DNA of 64,000 nt from an uncultured Rhodospirillaceae bacterium (GCA_964408735.1 CAYPAX010000005.1:374-64373); one strand, 5' to 3'. Shown: positions 46,900 through 59,797, numbered from the stretch's first letter. Notes: a model not told the origin generated them from the letters alone. Numbers and translations: made by a program.

Positions 46900-47458
46900 C
46901 GCGCCGAAAGGCCGCCGCGTCGTCCACGTCTTCCAAGGTCTCCAACAGCGCCACGCGCAGCGGCGCGAGCGCTTTCCGCGTCATCGCCAACGTATCGGGC
47001 TCTGACCAGGCGATGCCGCGAAACGGATTGTGCCGTGGCGGCTTGCGGAACCCCACCAGGTAGAATCCACCATCCGCCGCTGGGCCCAACACTGCACCGG
47101 CCTGTCCGAGGGCGCGAAATGCCGCGCTGATGTGATACGCGCGCAAGCCCGGTATATCGCTTCCCACCAGCACCACCGGCCCCCGCAGCTCGCGAAACGG
47201 CCGTGCCATGCGCTGGCCGAGATCGCCCGGACCCTGGCGACGTCGCGGGATGCCTCGTGGCCAGAAGGCGCTGTGCAGATCCGCATCCGGCGTAATGGCA
47301 AGCCAGGTCCGCCAAGGCCCTGCGGCAATTTCATTGATCGTCGTCGCGCTGAGGCGGCGATAGAAGCGCGTCGCCGCGGCCTGGCCGATGCTGAGGCCGA
47401 GGCGAGTCTTGACCGCTCCCAGGCGCGGCGCTTTGACGAAGATCACCAGGTGCCGCAT
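46880..47458 (-). CDS. DUF2064 / TIGR04282-type glycosyltransferase-like protein
   Basis: FVKAP..G.VKTRL, QG.GDLGQRM, GSDIP, GPAADGGFYLVG, DVDD. Confidence 0.88.
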   Translation of the reverse strand: MRHLVIFVKAPRLGAVKTRLGLSIGQAAATRFYRRLSATTINEIAAGPWRTWLAITPDADLHSAFWPRGIPRRRQGPGDLGQRMARPFRELRGPVVLVGSDIPGLRAYHISAAFRALGQAGAVLGPAADGGFYLVGFRKPPRHNPFRGIAWSEPDTLAMTRKALAPLRVALLETLEDVDDAAAFRRAIAGLP

Positions 47459-48138
47459 CAGCCGTAGAGCCGTGCGATGAGGCGCGGCGGCAGGCCGAGG
47501 AAATAGAGCCCCAGGCAGGTAAGATTTCGCAGGACCCGCGGCACCAGGCCGGACTGCTGATAGCGCCGGCCAGATGTGAGCATGGCCGAACCGAGTAGCG
47601 TCAGGCGCGCGCGGCCGATACGGCGCACCAGATCCACGTCCTCCATCAAAGGCAGTGGGCGATAGCCGCCAAGCTCGTGATAGAGCGATCTGGAGATGAG
47701 GAGCCCCTGATCGCCGTAGGGCAGGGCCAGAACCCGGCTGCGCCAAGCTACCGTGCGCTCGAGGCGCCGTGCCGTCGACCCCGGGAGATCGACGGCAAAG
47801 CGGAACGCCGCGGCGCGCTGGGAATTGTCAGCTGCGGTAACGAAGCCCGCGACGTCGTTCAGCCATTCCCCCTGGGGCACGGTGTCGGCGTGCAGGAACA
47901 GGAACCAGTCGCCGCTCGCCGCTCCGGCACCTGTGGCAAGCTGATGGCCCCGGCCGCGCGGCGCCTCGACCACTCGCGCACCGACAGCCTTGGCGCACGC
48001 CCTTGTGGCATCGCTCGAGCCGCCGTCGGCAACCACCACCTCCGCCGCGCCAAGCGCCGCCAAGGTCGCGGGCAGGGTTTCCGCGGCGTTCAGTGTCGGG
48101 ATCACGACGCTGACACCAAGCTTATCCAATGTGCTCAT
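47458..48138 (-). CDS. Glycosyltransferase family 2 (TIGR04283-type)
   Basis: SVVIPTLNA, DGGSSD, FLHADT, PYGDQGL, LMEDV. Confidence 0.9.
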   Translation of the reverse strand: MSTLDKLGVSVVIPTLNAAETLPATLAALGAAEVVVADGGSSDATRACAKAVGARVVEAPRGRGHQLATGAGAASGDWFLFLHADTVPQGEWLNDVAGFVTAADNSQRAAAFRFAVDLPGSTARRLERTVAWRSRVLALPYGDQGLLISRSLYHELGGYRPLPLMEDVDLVRRIGRARLTLLGSAMLTSGRRYQQSGLVPRVLRNLTCLGLYFLGLPPRLIARLYG

Positions 48139-48216
48139 CGCCGCCAGCCTACAACTTGTCCGGCGCGTAGCGTAATCGTTCTTGTTATGTTCTCAGCGAT
48201 TTGCTACCGTGCACGC

Positions 48217-49287
48217 ATGTTTCAGGCCGATGCCAGAACCGTCCGCAAGGGCCGCGGTGCCACCAGCAACCGAGACGGCCGCTATGAACGTTACAGCAGC
48301 GCTGCGATGGACGATGGCTGGGGCGGCCTCGATGCGCCGGCAACGAAGCTGCGCACCACCGTGACCGAGGACCGCTCGCGCAGCGTCATAGCGCGCAACC
48401 AGTCGCCGGACATCGACTTCGATCGTTCCATCAATCCCTATCGCGGCTGCGAGCATGGCTGTTCCTATTGCTATGCCCGGCCGACCCACGCCTGGCTGGG
48501 CCTGTCGCCGGGCCAGGATTTCGAATCGCGCCTGTTTGCCAAGCCCGATGCGCCGAGGCGCCTGCGCGAGGAACTGGCACGCCCAGGCTACAATTGTGCG
48601 CCGATCGCGCTCGGCACCAATACCGACCCCTATCAGCCGATTGAGCGGGAACGGCGCATCACGCGCGGGATTTTGGAGGTTCTGTCCGAGCATAATCATC
48701 CGGTCACCATCGTCAGTAAATCGGCGCTGGTGACCCGCGATATCGATATTCTGGCGCCGATGGCGCGGCGCGGGCTGGCGCGGGTGGCATTGTCCGTAAC
48801 GACGCTGGAGCGCCGGCTTGCCAACATGATGGAGCCTCGCGCGAGCACTCCGGAGCGGCGGCTTTCGGCTATTGCCGATCTTGCCCGCGCCGGCATTCCC
48901 ACCGCGGTGATGGTGGCGCCTGTCATTCCGGCGCTCAACGACGACGAACTGGAATCGATACTGCTGGCGGCGGCCAAGGCGGGCGCCGGTGCCGCCGGCT
49001 ATATCCTGCTGCGCCTGCCGGGGGAGGTGCACGCGCTGTTCGAGGAATGGCTGAGCGCCTTCGCGCCCCTCAAGGCGGGCCGGGTGATGCGGCTGGTGCG
49101 CGACATGCGCGGCGGCAAGGCATACGATTCGCGTTTCGGCGAGCGCCAGACCGGCAGCGGCGCCTATGCTGAAATGATTGGCGCGCGTTTCGAGGCGGCC
49201 ATTCGCCGCTACGGCCTCAATGGCTCGGAATCGCATCTCGACTGTCGCCAGTTCTGCGTACCGACGGATCAACTGTCACTGTTTTAA
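48217..49287 (+). CDS. PA0069-family radical SAM protein (SplB-like)
   Basis: SINPYRGCEHGCSYCYARP, GTNTDPYQP, EPRA, APVIP.LND, QLSLF tail. Confidence 0.92.
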   Translation: MFQADARTVRKGRGATSNRDGRYERYSSAAMDDGWGGLDAPATKLRTTVTEDRSRSVIARNQSPDIDFDRSINPYRGCEHGCSYCYARPTHAWLGLSPGQDFESRLFAKPDAPRRLREELARPGYNCAPIALGTNTDPYQPIERERRITRGILEVLSEHNHPVTIVSKSALVTRDIDILAPMARRGLARVALSVTTLERRLANMMEPRASTPERRLSAIADLARAGIPTAVMVAPVIPALNDDELESILLAAAKAGAGAAGYILLRLPGEVHALFEEWLSAFAPLKAGRVMRLVRDMRGGKAYDSRFGERQTGSGAYAEMIGARFEAAIRRYGLNGSESHLDCRQFCVPTDQLSLF

Positions 49288-49551
49288 TACCAAGGGTCAT
49301 TGATAAAGACCCATTTGACCGCACGATTTTCGTCGCTGGCTAGGAGCGGGCCGCGCCGTCGTGCGACCCCACGGCAAGCGGCCCGCGACGACGCCAGCGG
49401 CGAAAAGCGCGCGGCCTGCGGTGGCCCGAGGCGGCTCCCCGGATGCGTCGCGACGCTTGGCCGATGCCTCATCACATCGCCCGGCGCGCCGCTCCTATCC
49501 AGAAAACCGCCTCAAGCCATCAAATGGGTCTTTATCAATGACCCTTGGTAT
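49287..49551. mobile_element. Non-autonomous miniature inverted-repeat element (MITE-like), 265 bp
   Basis: Perfect 32-bp terminal inverted repeats ATACCAAGGGTCATTGATAAAGACCCATTTGA (49287-49318) and its reverse complement (49520-49551); no transposase inside. Confidence 0.8.
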
Positions 49552-49568
49552 AGCGCTATACTGGCGCC

Positions 49569-50155
49569 ATGCCCGACTACAGCCTGGAAGCGGCTTCGCC
49601 CGCCCCCGTCTGCGGCGTCGACGAAGTCGGTCGCGGGCCGCTCGCCGGCCCCGTGGTTGCCGCCGCCGTGATTCTGGATGCGGACGACATCCCTGCAGGC
49701 CTTGACGATTCCAAGAAACTCAAGGCCGCCCGGCGCGAGGCGCTGTTCGAGGCACTGAGCGCCTCTGCCGACATCGGCATCGGTGCCGCGTCGGCGCGCG
49801 AGATCGATCGTCTCAATATTCTCGGTGCCACTATGCTGGCCATGCGGCGGGCGGTGCTTGCCTTACCAATATTGCCGGCAATGGCGCTCGTAGACGGCAA
49901 TCGGGCGCCCGATCTTCCCTGTTCCGTCGAGACCGTGGTCAAAGGTGACGGACGTTCACTGTCCATGGCCGCTGCCTCGATAATCGCCAAAGTCACGCGC
50001 GACCGGGCCATGCGAACCTTGCACCATCGCTACCCGGCTTATGGTTGGGACAGCAATGCCGGATATCCCACGCCAAAGCACCTTTCGGCATTGGAACGGC
50101 ACGGTCCTTGTCCCCATCACCGCCGCAGTTTCGCCCCCGTCCGCTTGTCCCAAAA

Positions 50156-50159
<4 letters not shown>
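49569..50159 (+). CDS. rnhB: Ribonuclease HII
   Basis: [46 protein letters not shown]. Confidence 0.95.
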
Positions 50160-52406
<2,247 letters not shown>

Positions 52407-52441
52407 CGTCCGGGTTCCGTCATGATCGGGCAGGGTAGAGC

Positions 52442-52897
52442 ATGAGTGCTGCGAAGAAGAAGAGGGCCGGTATGCGTACCGCAGCCCGGCTGGTGCCGGG
52501 ACTGACCAAGGCTGCCTTCGCCCGGCGCGGCTTTCACCGTGCCGCCGTGCTGACGGACTGGCAGGCGATCGTCGGCGAGGCGCTGGCCGAGCGCTGCGTG
52601 CCGGAGCGGCTTTCCGGCGACGGGGTGCTGACGATTCGCGCTTCCGGCAGTGTGGCGCTGGCCTTGCAGCACCTGGAGCCGCAGATGCTGGAGCGAATCG
52701 CCAGCTATTTTGGCTTTCGAGCAGTCACCAGATTGCGCTTTCGCCAAGCGCCCTTGCCGGAACGCGAGGTGGTGGCTAAGCCTCGTGAAAGGCCGCCGGT
52801 GCCGCCAACGCTCGCCGCCTCACTGACCGATATCGAGGACGACGCCCTGCGTGAGGCATTGCTGCGGCTTGGTGCCGAGGTGGCGGCGCGCGACTGA
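52442..52897 (+). CDS. DUF721 / DciA family protein
   Basis: W.AIVG, L.I, LQH....LERI..YFG; conserved mutY-DUF721-dsbA-smc order. Confidence 0.85.
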   Translation: MSAAKKKRAGMRTAARLVPGLTKAAFARRGFHRAAVLTDWQAIVGEALAERCVPERLSGDGVLTIRASGSVALALQHLEPQMLERIASYFGFRAVTRLRFRQAPLPEREVVAKPRERPPVPPTLAASLTDIEDDALREALLRLGAEVAARD

Positions 52898-52963
52898 TTC
52901 GCTTGCGCTGCCCGGCATTTGGCCCCATCTATTCCGGCAAGAAGGATCCATTGGAGACGTCTG

Positions 52964-53554
52964 ATGCGCCACGCCGTTGTTCTCGCTGCCCTCGCCCTTT
53001 TCGCCATCGCCGGCTCGCCGGCGGCCGCTGGCGAGATCGACACCAGCTTCAAATCGATCGGCGATCCGGATGCGCCGGTGACCATCGTCGAATACGCCTC
53101 GATGAGTTGCCCGCACTGCGCCAATTTCCATACCGAGCGCCTGCCCTGGCTCAAGGAGACCTATATCGACACCGGCAAGGTGCGCCTCGAGTTCCGCGAC
53201 TTTCCCCTCAACGCGCCCGCCTTGTGGGGCGCCATGGCCGCCCATTGCGTGGGCCCGGATCGTTACTTCGCCTTTCTCGACCTGCTGTTCCGCCAGCAGG
53301 AGAACTGGGCCTTCTTCCAGGATGCCGGCGAGCGGCTGAAGAAACTCGCCAAACAGGCCGGCATGGGCAGCAACGAGTTCGACATGTGCATGGCGAATCA
53401 GTCGGTGCAGATGGCGGTGCTGCAAGCGCGCCAGACCGGCGTCTCGGAGCACAAGGTCGAATCGACCCCGAGCCTGGTCATCAACGGCGAGACGGTCGCC
53501 GGCGTCCCGAGCCAGGCAGATCTCGCCCGGATGATCGAGGAGGCCGGTGGCTGA
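52964..53554 (+). CDS. DsbA family thiol-disulfide oxidoreductase
   Basis: G.PDAPVTIVEYASMSCPHCA, FRDFPL, STP; signal peptide. Confidence 0.92.
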   Translation: MRHAVVLAALALFAIAGSPAAAGEIDTSFKSIGDPDAPVTIVEYASMSCPHCANFHTERLPWLKETYIDTGKVRLEFRDFPLNAPALWGAMAAHCVGPDRYFAFLDLLFRQQENWAFFQDAGERLKKLAKQAGMGSNEFDMCMANQSVQMAVLQARQTGVSEHKVESTPSLVINGETVAGVPSQADLARMIEEAGG

Positions 53555-53607
53555 GCCCGGCACAGTTGTTCTATACTTCGCTTCTGTAGTCACGCGGCGG
53601 ACAAGCC

Positions 53608-56600
53608 TTGCAATTCACGCGCCTGAAGCTCGTCGGCTTCAAATCCTTCGTTGAGCCTACTGACCTGGCCATCGAGCCCGGGCTGACCGGCATTGTCGGA
53701 CCCAACGGCTGCGGCAAGTCAAACCTGGTCGAGGCGCTGCGCTGGGTCATGGGCGAGACCTCCGCCAAGCAGATTCGCGGCGGCGAGATGGACGACGTCA
53801 TTTTTTCCGGCACCGCCGAGCGCCCGGCGCGCAACCTGGCCGAGGTGGCGTTGGTGCTCGACAACGCCGAGCGCGACGCGCCGGCCGCCTATAACGAGCA
53901 TCCCGAGCTCGAAATCTCGCGCCGCATCGAGCGCGGCTCGGGCTCCAACTATCGCATCAACGGCCGCGACGTGCGCGCCCGAGACGTGCAGATCCTGTTT
54001 GCCGACGCGGCCAGCGGTGCCCGTTCCACGGCCCTGGTCAGCCAGGGCCAGATCGGCCAGCTCATCAGCGCCAAGCCGACCCAGCGGCGGCATCTGCTGG
54101 AGGAAGCGGCGGGCATTACCGGCCTGCACACGCGCCGTCACGAGGCGGAGTTGCGGCTGCGCGCAGCGGAGACCAATCTCGACCGCCTCGAGGACGTCAT
54201 CGCGGCGCTCGAATCGCAAATGCAGGCGCTCAAGCGCCAGTCCCGCCAGGCGGCGCGCTACCGCTCCCTGAGCGGGCGCTTGCGCAAGGCCGAGGCGGCA
54301 CTGTTCTATCGCCGTTGGCAGGAGGCGCGCGACGATCTGGCTGCGGCCGAGGCGGCCATGGCCGAGGTCGAGCACAACGTGGCCGAGACCACGCGCGTGG
54401 CGGCCGAAGCGACCACGCTGCAGGCAGGTATCGCCGAAGGCCTGCCGGAGCTGCGTCGTATCGAGGCCGAGGCCGCCGCCGCGTTGCACCGTTTGGAGAT
54501 CGAAGGCGAAGCCATCGCCGACGAGGAGCGCCGCCTTGCCGCGGCCACTGCCGAGTGCCAGGCGCAGCTCGAAACCCTGGGCCGCGACCTGGCGCGCGAA
54601 GGCACCCTGGCGACGGAAGCCGAAACTGCGCTGCGCGAGCTTGGTGAGGAAGCATCGGTCCTCGAAAAGGATACCGCAGGCGCCAGCGGCGAGCAGGAAA
54701 AGGCCGCTGAGAGCCTGGAGCAAGAGCGCGCAGCGCTGGAGTCCATCGACGGCGAACTTGCTGAGCGTACCGCGGCGCTGGCGGCTGCTGAAGTGCGCCA
54801 CGCCGATCTTGCCCGCCGCCAGGACGAGCTCGAGACCCGCCTCGCCTCGCTCGACACCCAGAACGACGAGGTGGCGGCGCAAAGGGCTGCCATCGCCGCG
54901 CGGCTTGCCGACGCCACGGCGCTTGGCGAAGCCGAGGCGGCGCTTGCCGCCGCCCGTGAGCGGGTGGCGGCTGCCCACACCGCCCTGGAGAAAAGCCAGC
55001 AAGGTCTCGGCGCGGCTGAGGGCGCCCGTGCGGCCGCCGAGGCCACCGAGCGCAGCGCGCGCGAGGCCCTGCGCGAGGCCGAGATGGCGCGCCAGCGCAC
55101 CGCCTCGGAGGCCGCCGCGCTGGCCGCTGCCCTCGACCATGATCGCGGCGACACGGGCAAGCCCCTGATCGACAACATTGCCGTGCTCGAAGGCTTGGAG
55201 CTGGCGCTCGGCGCCGCGCTTGGCGACGACCTCATGGCCTCGACGGACCCGGCCGCCGCCGCCCATTGGCACGATCTCGGCAGCAAGCCTGCCGGCCCGG
55301 CCCTGCCGCAAGGCGCCGAGCCCTTGGCGGACTTCCTTGAAGCCCCGGCGGCTCTTGAGCCTCGCTTCGCCCAGGTCGGGTTGGTCGAGGCCGCCGACGG
55401 GGCGCGTCTGCAAGGCGAGCTGGCGCAAGGCCAGCGCCTGGTCAGCCGCGACGGCGACCTGTGGCGCTGGGACGGCTTTACCAGCGCCGCCGATTCCCAC
55501 GCTGGTGCCGCCGCCCGCCTGCGCCGCCGCCAGCACCTGGAAGGGCTGCTGGCCGAGCTGCCGGCCCTGGAAGAGCGCGAGGAACAGGCGACGGCGGCGG
55601 TCGATACGGCGGCCGCGGCCCTCGGCGAGACCCAGGCGGCATACGAAGCGGCGCGCGCCGGAGAGAGCGCGGCGCGCAGCAGCGCTCGCGAGGCGGATAA
55701 TGGTCTCGAAAGTGCCCGCGCTGCCCATGCCAAGGCCAATGATGCGGTGGCCGAAGATCGCTCGCGCGATGCCGCCCTGGTCGAAGCCGCGGCGCGCCTG
55801 ACCAGCGATCGCGACGACACCGCGCAGGCGCTTCGTGCCTGCCGCACCGAGCGGGCCGAGGCCGAGCCGCTTGACAGCTTGCGGGGCCCGCTCGAAGCGC
55901 TGCGTCAGCGCCTGGCCGCACAACGGGTCAAGGTGGATGAGAGCGCCCGCGCCCATGAGCGCCTGGTGCGCGCGGCGGAAGCCCGGGCCGAGCGCCTGGC
56001 GGCGATCACCAGCGACAGCGAAGCCTGGCGCCGCCGCGCGGCGGCGTCGAGTGAGCAGATCGGCTCTTTGGAAGAGCGCAGGGCTGCTGCCAGAAAGCGG
56101 CTGCAAGCGCTGCAGGCAGAGCCCGCGCGCCTGACCGAGCGGCGCAATGCCATTGGTGAGCGCATCGATACGGCGGCGGCCGCGCGCCGTGATGCCGCGG
56201 ATCGCCTGGCTGCGGCGGAAACGGCGCTGCGCGAGGCCGATGCCAAGCTCAAGGCCGCCAACGAAGTCATGGCCGAGGCGCGTGAAGAGCGCGTGCGCGT
56301 CGAAGGCGCGCGCGATCAGGCGCGCTCCCTCGGCGAGGTCGAGGCCGAGCACATCATGGAGCGCTTCCAGGTCGAGCCGCCGGCTTTGCTGGAGATCGCA
56401 GAAGCCAAGTCGGCCGAAGCGCTGGACGATATCGCCAAGCTGCAACGCGCCGTCGAGCGCCTGCAGCGCGAGCGCGAGACCATGGGCGCGGTCAACCTGC
56501 GGGCCGATGCCGAGGCCGCGGAACTTGCTGAGCAGATCGAGACCATGGTCGGCGAGCGCGACGACCTGATCGCCGCCATCGCCAAGCTGCGCGGCGGCAT

Positions 56601-57108
56601 CGCCTCCCTCAACCGCGAGGGCCGGCAAAGGCTGCTGGCCGCGTTCGAGGAGATCAACGGTCATTTCCAGACCCTGTTCGAGCGCCTGTTCGGCGGTGGC
56701 AAGGCGCATCTCGACCTGGTCGGCGACGACGACCCGCTTGAGGCCGGGCTGGAGGTGATGGCGAGCCCGCCCGGTAAGCGCCTGCAAAACCTCAGTCTGC
56801 TGTCGGGCGGCGAGAAGGCGCTGTCGGCGCTGGCGTTGCTGTTCGCCGTGTTCCTCACCAAGCCGACGCCGATCTGCGTGCTCGACGAGGTCGACGCACC
56901 GCTCGACGACGCCAATGTCGACCGCTTCTGCAATATGGTCGAGGAAATCGCCGAGACCTCGGCCACCCGATTCCTCGTCGTCACCCATCATCGCCTGACC
57001 ATGGCCCGCATGCGCCGGCTGTTCGGCGTGACCATGGGCGAGCGCGGCGTTTCGCAGCTGGTTTCCGTGGACATGAGCGAGGCCGAGCTGCTGCAGGCTG
57101 CCGAGTAA
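53608..57108 (+). CDS. smc: Chromosome segregation protein SMC
   Basis: GFKSF, GPNGCGKSN, long coiled coils, LSGGE, LDEVDAPLD. Confidence 0.96.
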   Translation: MQFTRLKLVGFKSFVEPTDLAIEPGLTGIVGPNGCGKSNLVEALRWVMGETSAKQIRGGEMDDVIFSGTAERPARNLAEVALVLDNAERDAPAAYNEHPELEISRRIERGSGSNYRINGRDVRARDVQILFADAASGARSTALVSQGQIGQLISAKPTQRRHLLEEAAGITGLHTRRHEAELRLRAAETNLDRLEDVIAALESQMQALKRQSRQAARYRSLSGRLRKAEAALFYRRWQEARDDLAAAEAAMAEVEHNVAETTRVAAEATTLQAGIAEGLPELRRIEAEAAAALHRLEIEGEAIADEERRLAAATAECQAQLETLGRDLAREGTLATEAETALRELGEEASVLEKDTAGASGEQEKAAESLEQERAALESIDGELAERTAALAAAEVRHADLARRQDELETRLASLDTQNDEVAAQRAAIAARLADATALGEAEAALAAARERVAAAHTALEKSQQGLGAAEGARAAAEATERSAREALREAEMARQRTASEAAALAAALDHDRGDTGKPLIDNIAVLEGLELALGAALGDDLMASTDPAAAAHWHDLGSKPAGPALPQGAEPLADFLEAPAALEPRFAQVGLVEAADGARLQGELAQGQRLVSRDGDLWRWDGFTSAADSHAGAAARLRRRQHLEGLLAELPALEEREEQATAAVDTAAAALGETQAAYEAARAGESAARSSAREADNGLESARAAHAKANDAVAEDRSRDAALVEAAARLTSDRDDTAQALRACRTERAEAEPLDSLRGPLEALRQRLAAQRVKVDESARAHERLVRAAEARAERLAAITSDSEAWRRRAAASSEQIGSLEERRAAARKRLQALQAEPARLTERRNAIGERIDTAAAARRDAADRLAAAETALREADAKLKAANEVMAEAREERVRVEGARDQARSLGEVEAEHIMERFQVEPPALLEIAEAKSAEALDDIAKLQRAVERLQRERETMGAVNLRADAEAAELAEQIETMVGERDDLIAAIAKLRGGIASLNREGRQRLLAAFEEINGHFQTLFERLFGGGKAHLDLVGDDDPLEAGLEVMASPPGKRLQNLSLLSGGEKALSALALLFAVFLTKPTPICVLDEVDAPLDDANVDRFCNMVEEIAETSATRFLVVTHHRLTMARMRRLFGVTMGERGVSQLVSVDMSEAELLQAAE

Positions 57109-57163
57109 ATCGCGCTCTAAATACCATATTGATATCAATGGGTTACGATGACACGACTGAATC

Positions 57164-57192
57164 TTGACAGGTTCCGGGTCAAACCCTATGTT
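57164..57192 (+). promoter_or_regulatory. Putative sigma70 promoter of the F0 atp operon
   Basis: TTGACA-17 nt-TATGTT. Confidence 0.6.
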
Positions 57193-57236
57193 GCACGCGC
57201 TTTTTCGCCGCCCCTTCGCTGGCGGCAAGGCAAAGG

Positions 57237-57572
57237 ATGCCGATGACGGCAAACAAGCCGCCTCCGTCTCTGGAGGATCTTGATAGACGTCTGAGAGAGG
57301 CCCGCAGCAAACACGATCCCGCCAAGGCCGACCCCTCCCGGGCTACGTCGATTGGACAGGCTCTCCGCCTGGCGACAGAAATGGCGTCGGCGGTGTTTGT
57401 CGGCGCAGTGATGGGCTGGGGCCTGGATGAGCTCCTTGGCACACGTCCCTGGCTGCTGCTGCTTTTCTTGGCTCTTGGGATGGCGGCGGGAACATTGAAT
57501 GCGTATCGGACGGCAATGCGCTTGAGCGCGGCCGCCGACAAGACGGACAAGGATGGCGGCCCCAGCGCTTGA
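57237..57572 (+). CDS. atpI: ATP synthase protein I (AtpZ/AtpI family)
   Basis: LDRRL, E....VFVG..MGWGLD..LGT.PW, LGMAAG..N. Confidence 0.88.
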   Translation: MPMTANKPPPSLEDLDRRLREARSKHDPAKADPSRATSIGQALRLATEMASAVFVGAVMGWGLDELLGTRPWLLLLFLALGMAAGTLNAYRTAMRLSAAADKTDKDGGPSA

Positions 57573-57602
57573 GGTCGCCAACCAGGATACAGGGAAGACG
57601 CG

Positions 57603-58337
57603 GTGGCCGCCGGACATAGCCCACTCGAACAATTCGCGATTCATCGCCTGGTGGAAATGCACATCGGCGGTGTCGATGTGTCGTTCACCAATTCGTCGCT
57701 GATGATGGTGATCGGCGTCGCGCTGATGTCGGCCTTCCTGACGCTCAGTCCCAAGCGCAACGCGCTGGTGCCGGGCCGCTGGCAGCTGCTGGCGGAGATG
57801 AGTTACGAGCTGATAGCGAAAACCGTACGCGACAGCGTCGGCTCGGAAGGGCGCAAGTACTTCCCCTTCGTCTTTACGCTGTTCATGTTCATCCTGTTCT
57901 GCAATTCCCTCGGCCTCATCCCCTACAGCTTCACCGTCACCAGCCACATCATCGTCACCTTCGCGCTGGCCGGCGTCATCTTCGTCGGCGTGACGATCCT
58001 CGGCATTGTCCGCCACGGCGGAAAGTTCTTCTCGCTGTTCCTGCCCCCCGGCGTGCCGATCGCCCTGGCGCCGCTGCTGGTGCCGATCGAGTTCATCTCC
58101 TACATGTCGCGGCCGATCAGCCTCTCGGTGCGCCTGGCCGCCAACATGATGGCCGGCCACACCATGATCAAAGTCTTCGCCGGCTTTGTCGTGGCGCTCG
58201 GCATCTTCGGCATCGCGCCGTTCATCTTCATCGTCCTGCTGTTCGCGCTCGAGACCATCATCGCGTTCCTGCAGGCCTACGTCTTCGCCGTTCTGACCTG
58301 CCTCTACATCAGCGATTCGGTGCATCTGCATCACTGA
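57603..58337 (+). CDS. atpB: F0F1 ATP synthase subunit a
   Basis: PLEQF, VPGRWQ, FTVTSH, RPISLSVRLAANM.AGH, LQAYVF. Confidence 0.96.
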   Translation: MAAGHSPLEQFAIHRLVEMHIGGVDVSFTNSSLMMVIGVALMSAFLTLSPKRNALVPGRWQLLAEMSYELIAKTVRDSVGSEGRKYFPFVFTLFMFILFCNSLGLIPYSFTVTSHIIVTFALAGVIFVGVTILGIVRHGGKFFSLFLPPGVPIALAPLLVPIEFISYMSRPISLSVRLAANMMAGHTMIKVFAGFVVALGIFGIAPFIFIVLLFALETIIAFLQAYVFAVLTCLYISDSVHLHH

Positions 58338-58364
58338 TCGGCGGGCCTGACCCTACTCTTGTGA

Positions 58365-58613
<249 letters not shown>

Positions 58614-58650
58614 GAGCCGAGCAAAGAACCCCAAGGCCGGGGAGAGCGCC

Positions 58651-59142
58651 ATGCCACAGATGGAATTCGCCGACTACATGCCGCAACTGGTGTGGCTGGC
58701 GATTACCTTCACCGCTTTCTATTTCGTGATGGCCCGGGTGGCCCTGCCGCGCATCGCCGAGGCGATCGAGAGCCGCCAGGAGCGGGTCGCGAACGATCTC
58801 GAGACGGCGACGCGCATGCGCGAGGAAGCGGAGGAGGCGCTTGCCGCCTATGAAGCGACCATGGCCAAGGCCCGCGCCGAGGCGCAGGCCATTGCCGCCA
58901 AGGCACGCGAGGAGATCGCCGCCGAGGCGGCCGAGCGCCAGGCCGCCTTCGAGGCCGAGCTCGATGCCCGCGCCGTGGCGGAAGAGGCGCGGATCGCCGA
59001 AGCGGTGGCCGAGGTGCGCGCGGGCCTGCGCGACGTGGCCGTGGCTGCGGCCCAGGCCGCGACCGCCAAGCTGCTCGGCGGTGAGGTTTCCCAGGACGCC
59101 TTGAACAAGGCGGTGGATGCCGAGATGGAGGCGCGCGCCTGA
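58651..59142 (+). CDS. F0F1 ATP synthase subunit b'
   Basis: MPQ, QLVWLAITF, LPRI, DL..A coiled coil. Confidence 0.93.
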   Translation: MPQMEFADYMPQLVWLAITFTAFYFVMARVALPRIAEAIESRQERVANDLETATRMREEAEEALAAYEATMAKARAEAQAIAAKAREEIAAEAAERQAAFEAELDARAVAEEARIAEAVAEVRAGLRDVAVAAAQAATAKLLGGEVSQDALNKAVDAEMEARA

Positions 59143-59627
59143 TGTTTCACGATCCCGAATTCTGGGTGCTGATCGCCTTCCTGGTCTTCATCGCCGCCGT
59201 CGGCAAGAAGGCCTGGGCCATGATCACCGGCATGCTCGACGGCCGCGCCGCGGCGATCAAGAGCGAGCTGGAGAAGGCCGTCGAGCTGCGCGAGGAGGCC
59301 CAGACCCTGCTCGCCGGCTATCAGCGCCAGCAGCGCGATGCGGTCAAGGAGACCGAGGACATCGTCGAGCAGGCCCACCAGACCGCCCGCATCGAGACCG
59401 AGCAGGCCAAGAGCGACATCGCAGAAGCCCTGGAGCGCCGCGGCAAGTCGGCCACGGACAAGATCGCCCAGGCCGAAGCCAGGGCCCTGGAGCAGATCCG
59501 CGCCGATACGGTCGACGTCACCATCGCCGCGACCCGCCGCGTCATCGCCGAGAGCCTCGACGAGGCACGCTCCGGCGCGCTGGTCGACGAGGCGATCGCG
59601 GGGCTGGGCAAGAACCTGGCGAACTGA
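59142..59627 (+). CDS. atpF: F0F1 ATP synthase subunit b
   Basis: PEFWV.IAF, LD.R...I..EL..A..LREEA. Confidence 0.93.
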   Translation: MFHDPEFWVLIAFLVFIAAVGKKAWAMITGMLDGRAAAIKSELEKAVELREEAQTLLAGYQRQQRDAVKETEDIVEQAHQTARIETEQAKSDIAEALERRGKSATDKIAQAEARALEQIRADTVDVTIAATRRVIAESLDEARSGALVDEAIAGLGKNLAN

Positions 59628-59797
59628 GCCCTTTCGTCAAGCGACTTCGCTGACTTGTAGGTGGCACGCGGAGGCGCGGAGCCGCGGAGGGAACGCTGGT
59701 GATTGTGGCTACGCTTCGCTGCTTCCTGACAATCTCAACCTCGTAATCATCTCCGCTCTGTTTGCCAGCGCCACCTCGACGCCGGCGCCGGTCGCGC

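Noticed and set aside
46880-49287. Arsenosugar or selenosugar biosynthesis cluster from the TIGR04282/04283-type genes plus radical SAM
   Set aside because: The radical SAM is the PA0069 type, not ArsS-like, and no arsM or selD is present; this arrangement next to moaB/rnhB looks like ordinary alphaproteobacterial synteny.
49300-49671. ORFs within the MITE (49284-49475, 49300-49671, 49361-49705)
   Set aside because: They are by-products of the inverted-repeat element and show no transposase motifs.
53608-57108. Wadjet/MksBEF-type SMC defence system
   Set aside because: It is a canonical chromosomal SMC with no jet/mks partners.
57128-57139. Palindrome ATTGATATCAAT before the atp promoter as an FNR site
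   Set aside because: The half-sites have no 4-nt spacer, so it does not fit the FNR consensus; function unsupported.
59665-59692. Triple CGCGGAG repeat after atpF
   Set aside because: Too short, with no matching inverted partner or second copy seen in the window.
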